A stretch of 58,813 nt of DNA from Octopus bimaculoides. Its lineage: Eukaryota. Below the pieces are notes generated by a model, which had not been told where the DNA came from, searched no databases, and saw nothing but the letters and a program-made list of their open reading frames with translations. Position numbers and translations under genes: made by a program. Of the stretch, positions 1 through 11,700 are shown one piece after another (within the stretch, counting starts at the first letter, position 1; every line of letters begins with the position of its first letter). The stretch covers positions 101,387,304-101,446,116 of the forward strand of contig NC_068982.1 in the NCBI RefSeq assembly GCF_001194135.2, read 5' to 3'.

Positions 1-40
<40 letters not shown>

Positions 41-80
41 ACACACACACATACACACACACAAACACACACACACACAC
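1..80. repeat. (CA)n microsatellite
   Basis: Direct reading. Confidence 0.97.
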
Positions 81-354
81 ATCTTTTTTTCTCTCGACCT
101 TTTCTGTCCAGCTTATGTCATCTGTAAAACAACAATAGTGTTTTGGTCTTCATATTTCAATTTTATTTTGTCGTAAAACAGTTTATCAGTCACATTTAAA
201 TTAATTATATCTATATCTCTTTGCATACTAATTAAGTAGTTAAATGGAAGTTGATGCTAGCACACTAAGCATCAGAGCTTAGAATGAAATTATTAAACAA
301 TCATTTTTAAATTTCACATACCTTATACATACATAAATACATACTAACATACGT

Positions 355-743
355 ATAGGAGGCACTGGAATATGTAATGCATTGCCTAAATACCAATCTT
401 GAGAAATTCGGTTTCTCAAAACCAGAAAGGAGTAAGCTGATTCAATGGCTACAGATCCAATCCATCACTGGAACTGCAAAGATCTGTAAAACTTTCCAGA
501 AGTTTATCATTTAAGTATATATGAACGTGTCTAGACATGCAACTGTATGCACGAGAATACATACATAAAACAAAGCATACAAATCTGCACGTATACATAC
601 ATACATACATACATACATGCATACATTATACATACATACCCTGTTGTTGATGTTGAAATTCCAATGAAGGAGCCTTGGATCTAGGTTAGAAACCGGCTCT
701 TTCTCTATTGGCAAAATATTTTGAAATAAAACTGAATAAGTCA
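355..743 (+). mobile_element. 5'-truncated RLE-type (R4/Dong-like) non-LTR retrotransposon, family 'TACA', copy 1: C-terminus plus 3' UTR
   Basis: 362-514 reads ALEYVMHCLNTNLEKFGFSKPERSKLIQWLQIQSITGTAKICKTFQKFII*, colinear with the C-terminus of ORF 43844-44212. The 3' UTR (640-743) matches the reverse complement of 43679-43790. TACA-type repeats flank both sides (325-354 and 744-835). Confidence 0.85.
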
Positions 744-835
744 TACATACATACATACATACGTACATACATACATACATATATATACATACATACATAC
801 ATACATACATACATACATACATCCATACATACATG
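744..835. repeat. (TACA)n microsatellite
   Basis: Direct reading. Confidence 0.95.
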
Positions 836-1052
836 TGTATGAGTAAGTGTATATATGTATAAAATCTTAATAGTTAACATCGCTAGATGTAGGAAGTTTG
901 ACAGGCGCTTTGGAACGAAACTATAAGCTCTTGAGTGACTCCCGTAACAAATTCATTTAATGAAAGATTATATATACTTTACTCCTTATACTCACTCCTA
1001 TTTTACCCATTTCTAAAAAACCCAATTGACTGTTTTCTTTTGGCACTGGTTT

Positions 1053-1053
<1 letters not shown>

Positions 1054-1119
<66 letters not shown>

Positions 1120-1439
1120 NNNNNNNNNNCACACACACACACACACACCCACACACACACGCACACACACACACATACACACACGCATACAAGCACAAAC
1201 ATAGGCACAAATATACACACGCACATACACAATCAGTGAAATATATATAAATTACGCACATCGCTTCCATAATTGCTTTATGATTAATGCTTTTGTTCCA
1301 TTGTCTGTCTGTCACAACTTCCCTTTTTTTCACCGCATTTCTCGATCGGCAACGAACACGTCCACACAAATATAGAGATAGATAGACGCGCGGGCGCACA
1401 CTTGGACACAAGCACACGCTCGCACATACTCTCTCTCTT

Positions 1440-1471
<32 letters not shown>

Positions 1472-1495
1472 TGTCTGTCTGTCTGNNNNNNNNNN

Positions 1496-1558
<63 letters not shown>
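1054..1558. repeat. (CA)n (1054-1190) and (CT)n (1425-1558) microsatellites
   Basis: Direct reading; both contain 10-N gaps. Confidence 0.95.
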
Positions 1559-1561
<3 letters not shown>

Positions 1562-2629
1562 TATCCCTCTATTTTTGTCATGAAAAGTTGGAGTTATTAC
1601 CGGAAGTTGACAGTAAACTAGTTCTTGGTCAGCGCGTGTTTGTGAAATGAAGATTTGGAAAGATTAGAAATGAAGGAAAGAATATAAATATCTTCTGATG
1701 TGTGTGTAAAGATACACACGTACGCACGCATGCACGCATACGTACACGCACACAAACACACATACGCACGCGCGCACACACGCATTTATATACTAGTGCG
1801 AACACGCTATCTTTAATATAGAATGTTTTACATTGGTTTGATATCATTGTGTCATATATTCCCATTGTGGTTATGTTTAAGTAATAAATATGGCATGCAT
1901 GCGGGAAGAACGCTGGCAAGGCATGCGACATGAAGGAAGGTCGAACGTCAACAGTGGAAAACGTAAAATAGAGTTATAAGATGATATGCAATTATGTTAA
2001 ACGAACGTGCATTTGTAAAACAATGAAAAATTACTAACTAAATATTTTCAATAAATTTTCATATAAGCACACACACACACATACACACTACGATGCATTT
2101 TTATGTAGTTAGTATTCGTTACTGAACACAATATCATCGTAATACATTTATTGCATTTATGTGTATGTATCGTCAAAAACTGAACCCATCTCATTCACAT
2201 TATTGTCACTCATTTGATGCAAACCGAACGAAAGAAGTACATTCCTTGGTTATATATAACATGCAGTTATATGGTTAAATATTGTTGCATACAAAATGCC
2301 TCACCAACTTAAATTCATTATAACTTTCACAAAAATAGATATTTTAAAATGAATTTCACTACGAACATGCCTACGAAGATGGTATATATTTCGATTATAT
2401 TTGAATTGTTTTCAAGGGAAAGTGGGGAGAGGAAGGAGAGTCAGAAAATTCAAACGGTCGGCTTCATTTCCTCATAACTTTCAGAAGAATGAGTATTTCG
2501 AAATGAAAATTTTGACAAATACATTTCAGAATGTTTAGATTACGATTATATCAGAATTTAATATGGTGTGAGATAGCACACATACATACTAAAACACATT
2601 ATTTTTTCTTTTTCGAAAAATTTATTTCA

Positions 2630-2822
2630 TAGCAGTGAGCTGGAAAACTGAGTAGTACCTTGTCACAGTGTGTGATGTAGAATCTCACTCAGAACTATGT
2701 TAAGGATGTGCATATCTGTGGAGGGTTCAACCACTTCCACGTTTATTTCACGAGCAGGCTGTTCTGTTGATCGGATCAACTGGAATCCTCGTCGTCGTAA
2801 CTGACGGGGTGCCAGAGCCAGT
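2630..2822 (+). mobile_element. SINE family C 3' half
   Basis: ccttgtcacagtgtg..ttcacgagcaggctgttctgttgatcggatcaactggaatcctcgtcgtcgtaactgacggggtgcc. Its last approximately 90 nt recur identically at 3293-3385 across the gap. Confidence 0.8.
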
Positions 2823-3498
2823 TATATATATATATGGACATATTTCGGAATACCGATGAACTTTTATGTAAATGTATCAACTTAAAGGATAAACATATTA
2901 CAATGTATATTACAATGGATATTACAATGGACAATACCAAGTGGACTCCCACTTTTTATCTCTTATGTTTCTCTCTCTTTTACTTTTTTCNNNNNNNNNN
3001 NNNNNNNNNNNNNNNNNNNNNNNNNNNNNNNNNNNNNNNNNNNNNNNNNNNNNNNNNNNNNNNNNNNNNNNNNNNNNNNNNNNNNNNNNNNNNNNNNNNN
3101 NNNNNNNNNNNNNNNNNNNNNNNNNNNNNNNNNNNNNNNNNNNNNNNNNNNNNNNNNNNNNNNNNNNNNNNNNNNNNNNNNNNNNNNNNNNNNNNNNNNN
3201 NNNNNNNNNNNNNNNNNNNNNNNNNNNNNNNNNNNNNNNNNNNNNNNNNNNNNNNNNNNNNNNNNNNNNNNNNNNNNNNNNNNNNNNNNNNNTATTTCAC
3301 GAGCAGGCTGTTCTGTTGATCGGATCAACTGGAATCCTCGTCGTCGTAACTGACGGGGTGCCAGAGCCAGTTATATATATATATAAGGAGAGGGAGAAAA
3401 CGAAAGAGAATGATATGTGTGTGTGTATGCGTGTGTGTGTTGTGTGTGCCTGTACACTCACACAAACACACACACCCACACACACACGTATATATATG

Positions 3499-3727
3499 CG
3501 TGTCTTTGTGTTTGCCCACGAGCAGCGCTTGACAACCGATGTTGCTGTGTTTACGTCCACGTATATTAGCGGTTCGGCGAAGGAGATGGATAAAATAATT
3601 ACCTGGCTTTACAAAAATAAAATAAAATAAAAATTATAAGTACTGGGGTCGGGTCGATTCGTTCAACTAAAACCCTTCAAGGAGGTACCCCACCATGGTC
3701 GCAGTCTGGTAACTGAAACAAATAAAA
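3499..3727 (+). mobile_element. SINE family A tail fragment
   Basis: cgcttgacaaccgatg..gtttacgtcc..tagcggttcggc..gtactggggtcg..catggtcgcagtc..actgaaaca. Confidence 0.8.
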
Positions 3728-3781
3728 TACAAAAGGCCAATATATATGTGTTTGTGTGCGTTTGTGTGTGTGTTTGTGCAC

Positions 3782-3816
<35 letters not shown>

Positions 3817-4425
3817 TATATGCAAACATTTTCATTATATTTTTTGTTTCTTTTACGTGTATTGTTTTCATTAGAGAAATTTGTTTAAACATCGGTCATG
3901 TTCTTCATATTGTGAAAATGGAACTAACATCGCGAGGTTAAATACCCTGATGCCTTGACTGAAGAGCAATCAAAATGCTAATTATAAACAGCAATGTGCA
4001 AGCTACCATTCTTGATGGGGTGAGTCAAAAATAATTTTCAGATAATTGAAATTGCAAGCCTGATGAGAGAAAAGTAAATAGTATTCATGGAATCTTGTTT
4101 TCCGCATGGCCTACAGAGAAACACATGAAATTTCAATCAACCAAAAATTAAATGGAGATATCCAGGGGAGTTGTGGGGTCATTGGTCTTTTACATGCATG
4201 TTGACAACTTAGGTCGGATATGTTTCGGTGTCTGAAGATCTTAATGACGGAATATCCACATAATGGAACAGACAGGTGCGCTTATAATAATGTGTTGTTA
4301 CGAAACTCACTTTGTAAGCTTATGGTTTCCTGTTCAGACTCAGTGTGTGGAAACTTGGGTATGCTTCTTATACCATAGCACCTGGCCAACCAGCGTCCTG
4401 TGAGCAAGTTTGGTAACTGTGTGGT

Positions 4426-4490
4426 GGCCGGCCAAAGCCTTGTAAGTTGATGTAGTAGACGAAAATTAAAAGAAGTCCATCGTCTATATA
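4426..4490 (+). mobile_element. SINE family A head fragment
   Basis: ggccggccaaagccttgtaagt..tagacgaaaattaaaagaagtccatcgt followed by (TA)n. Confidence 0.65.
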
Positions 4491-6686
4491 TACATATACA
4501 TATATACATACACATATATATATATATATATANNNNNNNNNNNNNNNNNNNNNNNNNNNNNNNNNNNNNNNNNNNNNNNNNNNNNNNNNNNNNNNNNNNN
4601 NNNNNNNNNNNNNNNNNNNNNNNNNNNNNNNNNNNNNNNNNNNNNNNNNNNNNNNNNNNNNNNNNNNNNNNNNNNNNNNNNNNNNNNNNNNNNNNNNNNN
4701 NNNNNNNNNNNNNNNNNNNNNNNNNNNNNNNNNNNNNNNNNNNNNNNNNNNNNNNNNNNNNNNNNNNNNNNNNNNNNNNNNNNNNNNNNNNNNNNNNNNN
4801 NNNNNNNNNNNNNNNNNNNNNNNNNNNNNNNNNNNNNNNNNNNNNNNNNNNNNNNNNNNNNNNNNNNNNNNNNNNNNNNNNNNNNNNNNNNNNNNNNNNN
4901 NNNNNNNNNNNNNNNNNNNNNNNNNNNNNNNNNNNNNNNNNNNNNNNNNNNNNNNNNNNNNNNNNNNNNNNNNNNNNNNNNNNNNNNNNNNNNNNNNNNN
5001 NNNNNNNNNNNNNNNNNNNNNNNNNNNNNNNNNNNNNNNNNNNNNNNNNNNNNNNNNNNNNNNNNNNNNNNNNNNNNNNNNNNNNNNNNNNNNNNNNNNN
5101 NNNNNNNNNNNNNNNNNNNNNNNNNNNNNNNNNNNNNNNNNNNNNNNNNNNNNNNNNNNNNNNNNNNNNNNNNNNNNNNNNNNNNNNNNNNNNNNNNTAT
5201 ATATATATAGGATCTAGGTGTAGGAAGAAAGTTAGCTTCAAGCAATCCGTAGCAAATATAGAAAAACAACTTTCAGGAACAATAGTGGTTTATTAGGGAG
5301 GGAGGTTGTGAATATTTCTCGCATTGAAGTATGATAAGCTGAAAAAAAATAATTCTATATTTTTAACGGTATGCAGCCAGAGTTGCCAGGTATGCGAATA
5401 AAAATTCAAGATTTAAGGAATGGAGTAGATAAAATTCGGGCTACGAATGTTTCATAGCGAGCGGAACCTCTAAACTCCGGAAGTGGTAAAAATATATAAT
5501 ACATGTGTTTTGTGTGGGAGAGAGATAGAGAGAAAGAGAGAATATTCACTGATAAGGTACATTAACTTACAGAATGAAACTTTTTGCAAGATACTGTCAG
5601 CTCGAAGTATACAAAGTTAAGAGCAGGATACTATTCTTCAGTTGATGTGCTGAAATGTCATTATTTCAAGTACGAGATTCACGAGCGTTTTTCGCAAACC
5701 AATTTCAATTCGTTTTAGTGATTTTGTTGAGACCCTGGCAGACATTGACTGACAAATACTTCACTGGGAATGTCAAATAAATCCTGCACATTTCCAGAAT
5801 TGTAACCATATCTAAAAAGTACCACAATCTCATTTCCTTTTCCCCAACATATTTTTGGCAGATTTAAATTTCTAAAATTCTCTTCTTTATCCCTTCGGAG
5901 AACAAATTTTCAATAACGCTCATGACTGTTTTATTTATTTTACAATATCAATTAATTAAATTTATTTTCGGCCCTCTATCTCGAGTATCGGAGGTTATAT
6001 TTAATTGTATGTTGTTTCTACTGAGGCACTCCATGAAAATTTGCCAGTATCTATAGTTAATTATGGTGATCAATAACATTTAGTTTGTGAATCGGAAGGA
6101 AATTTAACTCTTCCTTTTGTTTAATGCAGTGTTTTGTTGTTCACTGCGCACATCATTTTCATTTCTAATTGTCTTCTCGTAGCAGTGTAACACAATGGTT
6201 TCCGTTTTAATCAACACTCTATACTTCCATCACGTGTGTAATGAGTGTTTCGCCTTTTTTGCATAAAAACTCAAACAACTAAATATACACCCAAAACACG
6301 CCCACATATAAATGACAACAGTAATATGTCCATTCTGCTGAAATGAAATTTTCAGTAAATTGTCTGTATCCTTGTGCAGCTGAAGATTGCTCTGCATTTT
6401 ACATTTAATGTAATGGAGTAACATGAAACGTGCGTACTGCAATAACCTTTAAAATCCGTGTTGCTGGTTTCAATTTTATAAATGAATATATGCAAGTCAC
6501 TTACATAAATATTTAAAATAACTATGGACGACCAAAATTGCATAACAGATATTGTAAACAAGAAAGGAAACATGATGTTAACAGAAAACTGTAGGTCTGT
6601 ATCTTGTTAAATTGTGTTATCATAGCACAACATCTTGTAAACAAAAATAAAAACATACTTAGCATATTGTTTGCCAGGTTTCTCAG

Positions 6687-6787
6687 TCAATATTGCAAGT
6701 CCAGTAAGGTAGTGAGTGCATGATGCGCACGCAACCGGAAAGACGAGGGTGTAGAGTGAACCGAACCACTTTTAATAGCTTTATTAC
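6687..6787 (-). CDS. Candidate last coding exon, phase-compatible with 8072-8197
   Basis: Strong acceptor ttttattttatttcag|. The phase-1 frame reads (C)NKAIKSGSVHSTPSSFRLRAHHALTTLLDLQY* and is followed by AT-rich unique sequence with AATAAA near 5.93 kb. Confidence 0.33.
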
Positions 6788-7385
6788 CTGAAATAAAATA
6801 AAACCGCAAACCTTTTGACAGTATGGCTTAATGAGAGAAAGTGTGATCCTATAATCCGCATAGAGTTATCAGAATCACATTTGACAAAACTATCCTTATA
6901 TTCAAAAGGGAAAGCACAACGGTTATATAATAATGTAGTAAATTTTTCGTAAGTAATACTGCTAGGATACGGTTTGCCTGTGCTTCCATATATTTTTCAT
7001 TAATTCCGTGGTCGTTTGTTTTCTAAAACTCCAATATTTACATGTTAGAAATAGACACGAATGTAACATATAATTAACATATAATGTTTTTGCTGACGGT
7101 TCACACTGGAAGTATTTACGATGCAGAGAAACAGATGGGTTGAATAACAACATATTGATTTACTTTAGGGATGAAACTTGACCAGAAAATATAATCATAG
7201 TGGATAATTAAACGTGGGAAAGCTACATTCTCGAAGTAAGCAGAAAAAGGAAACTTCACATCAATGGGCTCTCTCTAAATTGACAGTTCTACATAAGTAC
7301 TATTAATACCTAGATATTGATGAAAATATTGATGTATATGTGACAAGAACAAAGAGTGACTAAAATTATTATTTACTTCAAATAA

Positions 7386-7970
7386 GTCGGCGAAATGGTA
7401 GAAAATCCTTAGCATGTTAGATAAAATTCTTAGCAACATTTCGTCTGTCTTTATGTTCTGAGTTCAAATTCCCCCGATGTCGACTTTGCCGACATCCTTT
7501 TGGGGCCGATAAAATAAGTACCAGTTCAGTGCTGGGGTCGATGTAATCGATTCACCCTCTTCTCCGTAAATGTTAGTTTTGTGCCAAAATTTGAACCCCN
7601 NNNNNNNNNNNNNNNNNNNNNNNNNNNNNNNNNNNNNNNNNNNNNNNNNNNNNNNNNNNNNNNNNNNNNNNNNNNNNNNNNNNNNNNNNNNNNNNNNNNN
7701 NNNNNNNNNNNNNNNNNNNNNNNNNNNNNNNNNNNNNNCCACCAAAAAAAAACGGTTAGTTGGTAGAAGAAAATTGTTAGCACACCGAACAAAATATTTA
7801 GCGGCATTCCGTCCGTCTTTATGGTCTGAGTTTAAGTTCCGCCGAAGTCGACTTCGTCTTTCATCATTTCAGGGTCGATGGAATAAACACCAGTTGAGTG
7901 CTGGGGTTGATGTAATCGACTTACCTCTTCCTTCGACATTGCTGGCATTGTGTCATAATTTGAAACTATT
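7386..7970 (+). mobile_element. Two tandem SINE family B copies (7386-7598 and 7755-7970) separated by a gap
   Basis: Both carry gttctgagtt.aa.ttcc..cga.gtcgact..tggggt.gatgtaatcga and a ttgtg.ca.aatttgaa terminus. Confidence 0.8.
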
Positions 7971-8071
7971 ATTTACTCCAAATTTAAAAGAAAAACCTAT
8001 ATCTGTATGTACGTAAGTGTGTGTGTTTTCGGCGTTTGTGTATAATTTTGAATGTATGTACGTGCACGTAC

Positions 8072-8197
8072 ATGATGTTCGCTGCTTTAAGTAGTTAAGA
8101 TTTTGTCTGTTTGTAGCTACATCTACAATGCCTCGCCTAGCTGGTGCTGGACTTGGAGATGTCATAGGTGAACTGGAGTGAGAACTGAGAAAGGTTC
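8072..8197 (-). CDS. Candidate coding exon of an unidentified gene (Ser/Pro-rich)
   Basis: 126 nt, phase 1-1. T-rich tract plus gaag| acceptor and |gtacgt donor. Reads (G)TFLSSHSSSPMTSPSPAPARRGIVDVATNRQNLNYLKQRTS, and the other two frames have stops. Confidence 0.35.
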
Positions 8198-8389
8198 CTT
8201 CATGATCAAAATAGCCAAAAAAGAAAAAAATATATATGTGATACAAGGATCAAAAACGTGAGCAACGAACAAATCTTTTCTGGGAAGTAAAACAAAATAT
8301 CTGTTGTATGGTAAGAGCGCTTACGACAGCTCTTCGTTTAGCGTGTAGGCTGTATGAATAATGGATGGCGATTTTTAAGTATGGGCCAA

Positions 8390-8525
8390 TACACATACAC
8401 ACACACACACACACACACCACACATACACACGCACACACACACACAGAGGCATACATATACACGCACTCCCACACATATACACAAACACACATACATACG
8501 CACACGCGCGCATGCACACACACAC

Positions 8526-8556
<31 letters not shown>

Positions 8557-9125
8557 TGTATGTATGTACATATACGCACATACACATACATACATACATA
8601 TATATATATTGTGCGCCTTTCTAGTGTTTAATGCGAGAGAAACCGATTTACTTAAGACGTACAGATCGGAACAACGAAAGGAAATAATTAAACGAACCTG
8701 GCGCATACACTGCCAAGCTACTTTTGATCCTGTTGCCTCCAAGTCTTCAGTTTTTCTTATTGATGTTTTCTATCAGAAAGAACAGATCGATGATTGTCTA
8801 ATAGCGAAACTGCAGTTATTTAGTGGTCGATTGAAGAGTTCATCACTTCTGGAAGAAAGAACATTTTCCACTGTTGAAAGGAAATGGATCGGCAAACGAC
8901 CTGATAATCTATATTCATGTTTAAGGAGTTACAGCTTGTAGCCCATGTACGTATAAACATTCATGCATGTGTATGTATGTATGTATGTATGTATGTATGT
9001 ATGTATGCATGAAATGTATGTATGTATGTGTGTGTGTAAGTATGTATGTATGTATGTATGTATGTGTATGCATGTATGTATTTGTGCATGTATGTGTATG
9101 TATGCATATATATATATATATATAN
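8390..9125. repeat. Compound (CA)n/(TATG)n/(TA)n microsatellites (8390-8610 and 8970-9125)
   Basis: Direct reading. Confidence 0.9.
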
Positions 9126-9859
9126 NNNNNNNNNNNNNNNNNNNNNNNNNNNNNNNNNNNNNNNNNNNNNNNNNNNNNNNNNNNNNNNNNNNNNNNNNNN
9201 NNNNNNNNNNNNNNNNNNNNNNNNNNNNNNNNNNNNNNNNNNNNNNNNNNNNNNNNNNNNNNNNNNNNNNNNNNNNNNNNNNNNNNNNNNNNNNGTGTGT
9301 TTAGTCAAATCAACTACGAACAAGCAGACGTGCACTAGTAATATATTAATTTCATGCTCAGTATAAACATTCATGCATGTGTATGTGTGTATGTATGTAT
9401 GTATGTATGTATGTGTGCGCACACACACACACACACACACACAAACACATACACACACACTTACAAGTATGTATGCATACACATATGCGTTCTTCAGTAA
9501 ATAGGTCTCCGTCGTTTTCAACGAAGGGAATTCAGGTTTTCAGTCAACTGAATTCTTTGCCCATTGAGTTAGCACTTAAATGCCTAAACACACCATTAAC
9601 AAATTTACACTTAACATAATACTGGCATGGAATCAATGTGATACAGGTTGGGCATTTTAATTTCGAGTACAATCTATCAGATCAGCTGGCTAACATATAG
9701 TTTCTGTTTATGCAATTTTATTCATCAGGCTTGATTAGAACCTAGTCTAAAATAAAGGTGCTATGAATCGGAATCGAACGCGAGATCTCGCTGTTGCGAA
9801 GTGAACTTCTTAAGGATTCGAGCATGCTACATCTATACATGCATATTCTTTTATTCTTT

Positions 9860-10065
9860 TATTCTTTTACTTGTTTCAGTCATTTGACTGAGGCCATGCT
9901 GGAGCACCGCCTTTTAGTCGAAGAAACCGACCCCAGGACTTATTGTTTGCAAGCCTGGTACTTATTCTATCGGTCACTTTTGCCGAACCGCTAAGTTATT
10001 GGGACGTAAACACACCAACACCGAGTGTCAAGCGATGGTGGGTAGAGGACAAAGATAGACTCTAA

Positions 10066-10116
<51 letters not shown>

Positions 10117-10378
10117 NNNNNNNNNNNNNNNNNNNNNNNNNNNNNNNNNNNNNNNNNNNNNNNNNNNNNNNNNNNNNNNNNNNNNNNNNNNNNNNNNNNN
10201 NNNNNNNNNNNNNNNCGATGGGCTTCTTTCAATTTTCGTCTACCAAATCCACTTATTAGACTTTGGTCGGCCCAAGGCTATAGTATGATAGAAGACACTT
10301 GCCCAAAATGCCAAGCAGTGGGACTGAACTCGGAACCGTGTGGTATGGAAGTAAGCTTGTTATCACATAGCCACACCT
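9860..10378 (-). mobile_element. SINE family A, full-length
   Basis: Reverse-complement homology to the 27238-27665 head (10216-10378) and tail (9860-10055), with an internal (TA)n and a gap. Confidence 0.85.
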
Positions 10379-10480
10379 GAGATAGCAAAATCTCGCAGAT
10401 GCGAAGTGAACTTCTTAAGAATTCGACCATGTGACATTCATAAATGCGTATAGTCATTAGTCTTAAACAAAAATGTTGTT

Positions 10481-10526
10481 GACAGTGACTTCAAAGTTTC
10501 GGCCAGCTAAGCCATCGTCAGAGTTT
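10481..10526 (-). ncRNA. Minimal type-I hammerhead ribozyme motif (PLE-type)
   Basis: Minus strand reads aaacu-CUGACGA-U-GGC-uuagcug-GCC-GAAA-C-uuugaa-G-UC-acuguc. The catalytic core is complete, with a 3-bp stem II and a GUC triplet (cut between 10487 and 10486). Stem I pairs only 3 of 5. Confidence 0.7.
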
Positions 10527-10875
10527 GATGCATTAGAGTTAGTCTTGCTTTTATATAGTCTCTGTTGAGTTAAAATATTCCATGGGCGTATGCGTTTCAG
10601 TGGGGTAGTAATTAGGTTTTTTTGGTTGGTTGTTATGGAAAGGTGTTTTGAAGAAATTTTAATTGATTAAACTTGGGGTTATGCTATTGTTTAGAATTTA
10701 TTCATGTATGTAGAACTTTGTAAACAGGCCTCTGGGTGTTAATTGGGCACAAGGTGTGACAGTATTTTTGTTGCTTTTGGTATTATTGGATTTAATCCAC
10801 TTGTTTTGACAATGTAGAAGTCAAAGTTACAATGTCCAGTATTTAAGCTCTTAATAATTGGGTGTATGTTTTATC

Positions 10876-11088
10876 TTTTACTTGCTTTGGTCATCATACT
10901 GCGGCCATCCTGGGGCATCACCTTGAATTTTCCGTCGAATCAATCGACCTCATTATTTCTGTTTTTTTTTACGTCTGGTACTTATTCTATCAATCTATTT
11001 TGGCGAACCGCTAAGTTACGGGGGTCATAAACTCACCATTACCGGTTGTCAAGCGGTGGCGGGGGAGAAACACAGACACAAAGTCACA

Positions 11089-11137
<49 letters not shown>

Positions 11138-11308
11138 ACACACACATATATATATATATACGACGAGTTTCTTTCAGTTTCCGCCTACCAAATCCACTCA
11201 CAAGGTTTTGGTCGACCCGAGGCTATAGTAGAAGACACCTTCCCAAGGTGCCACGCAGTGGGACTGAGCCTGGAACCATGTGTTTAGGAAGCAAACTTCT
11301 TACCACAA
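10876..11308 (-). mobile_element. SINE family A, full-length
   Basis: Head 11161-11308 and tail 10876-11085 are homologous to the 27238 copy, with an internal (CA)n(TA)n. Confidence 0.85.
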
Positions 11309-11604
11309 AGGTCAACCTTTTTCTACCAAAGAAAGGAGAGACAAATGTCTCTTAAATGTAGAATGCTATGAAAACTGAAAATTAATTTCCATTATACAGA
11401 TCACTGTATTGTTATTTTTTAAGGACTTTCCAGCAGGAAATGCGTCGTGTAAAACGTATTTTATATACTTCAAAATCATTACTCAATTGAGGGAAAGGAA
11501 ATTGTTCTCGTGATTCGAGAGGAAATAATAGAAGCGATACCCAGTTCTTAATTCACAGCCCGGTATAATTTTTTGTTTCTTTTTTATTTCTGCCATTTCT
11601 GCCA

Positions 11605-11634
11605 GATAGATAAATAGATAGATAGATAGATAGG

Positions 11635-11688
<54 letters not shown>

Positions 11689-11700
11689 GATAGTTAAATG
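11605..11700. repeat. (GATA)n microsatellite
   Basis: Direct reading. Confidence 0.95.

Noticed and set aside
2747-3385. Identical approximately 90-nt duplication either side of an N gap (also 13000/13048, 19505/19665, 21823/21889, 22308/22374)
   Set aside because: The copies are 100% identical and directly abut gaps, which is typical of unmerged overlapping contig ends rather than biology.
4215-4260. gtttcgg..ctgaaga cluster resembling hammerhead pieces
   Set aside because: The core elements are on opposite strands or in the wrong order, and no valid fold results.
6720-6745. NRF1-like (tgcgcacgca) and ETS-like (ccggaa) motifs as a promoter
   Set aside because: The motifs are short, there is no CpG-rich context, and the region is better explained by the candidate exon.
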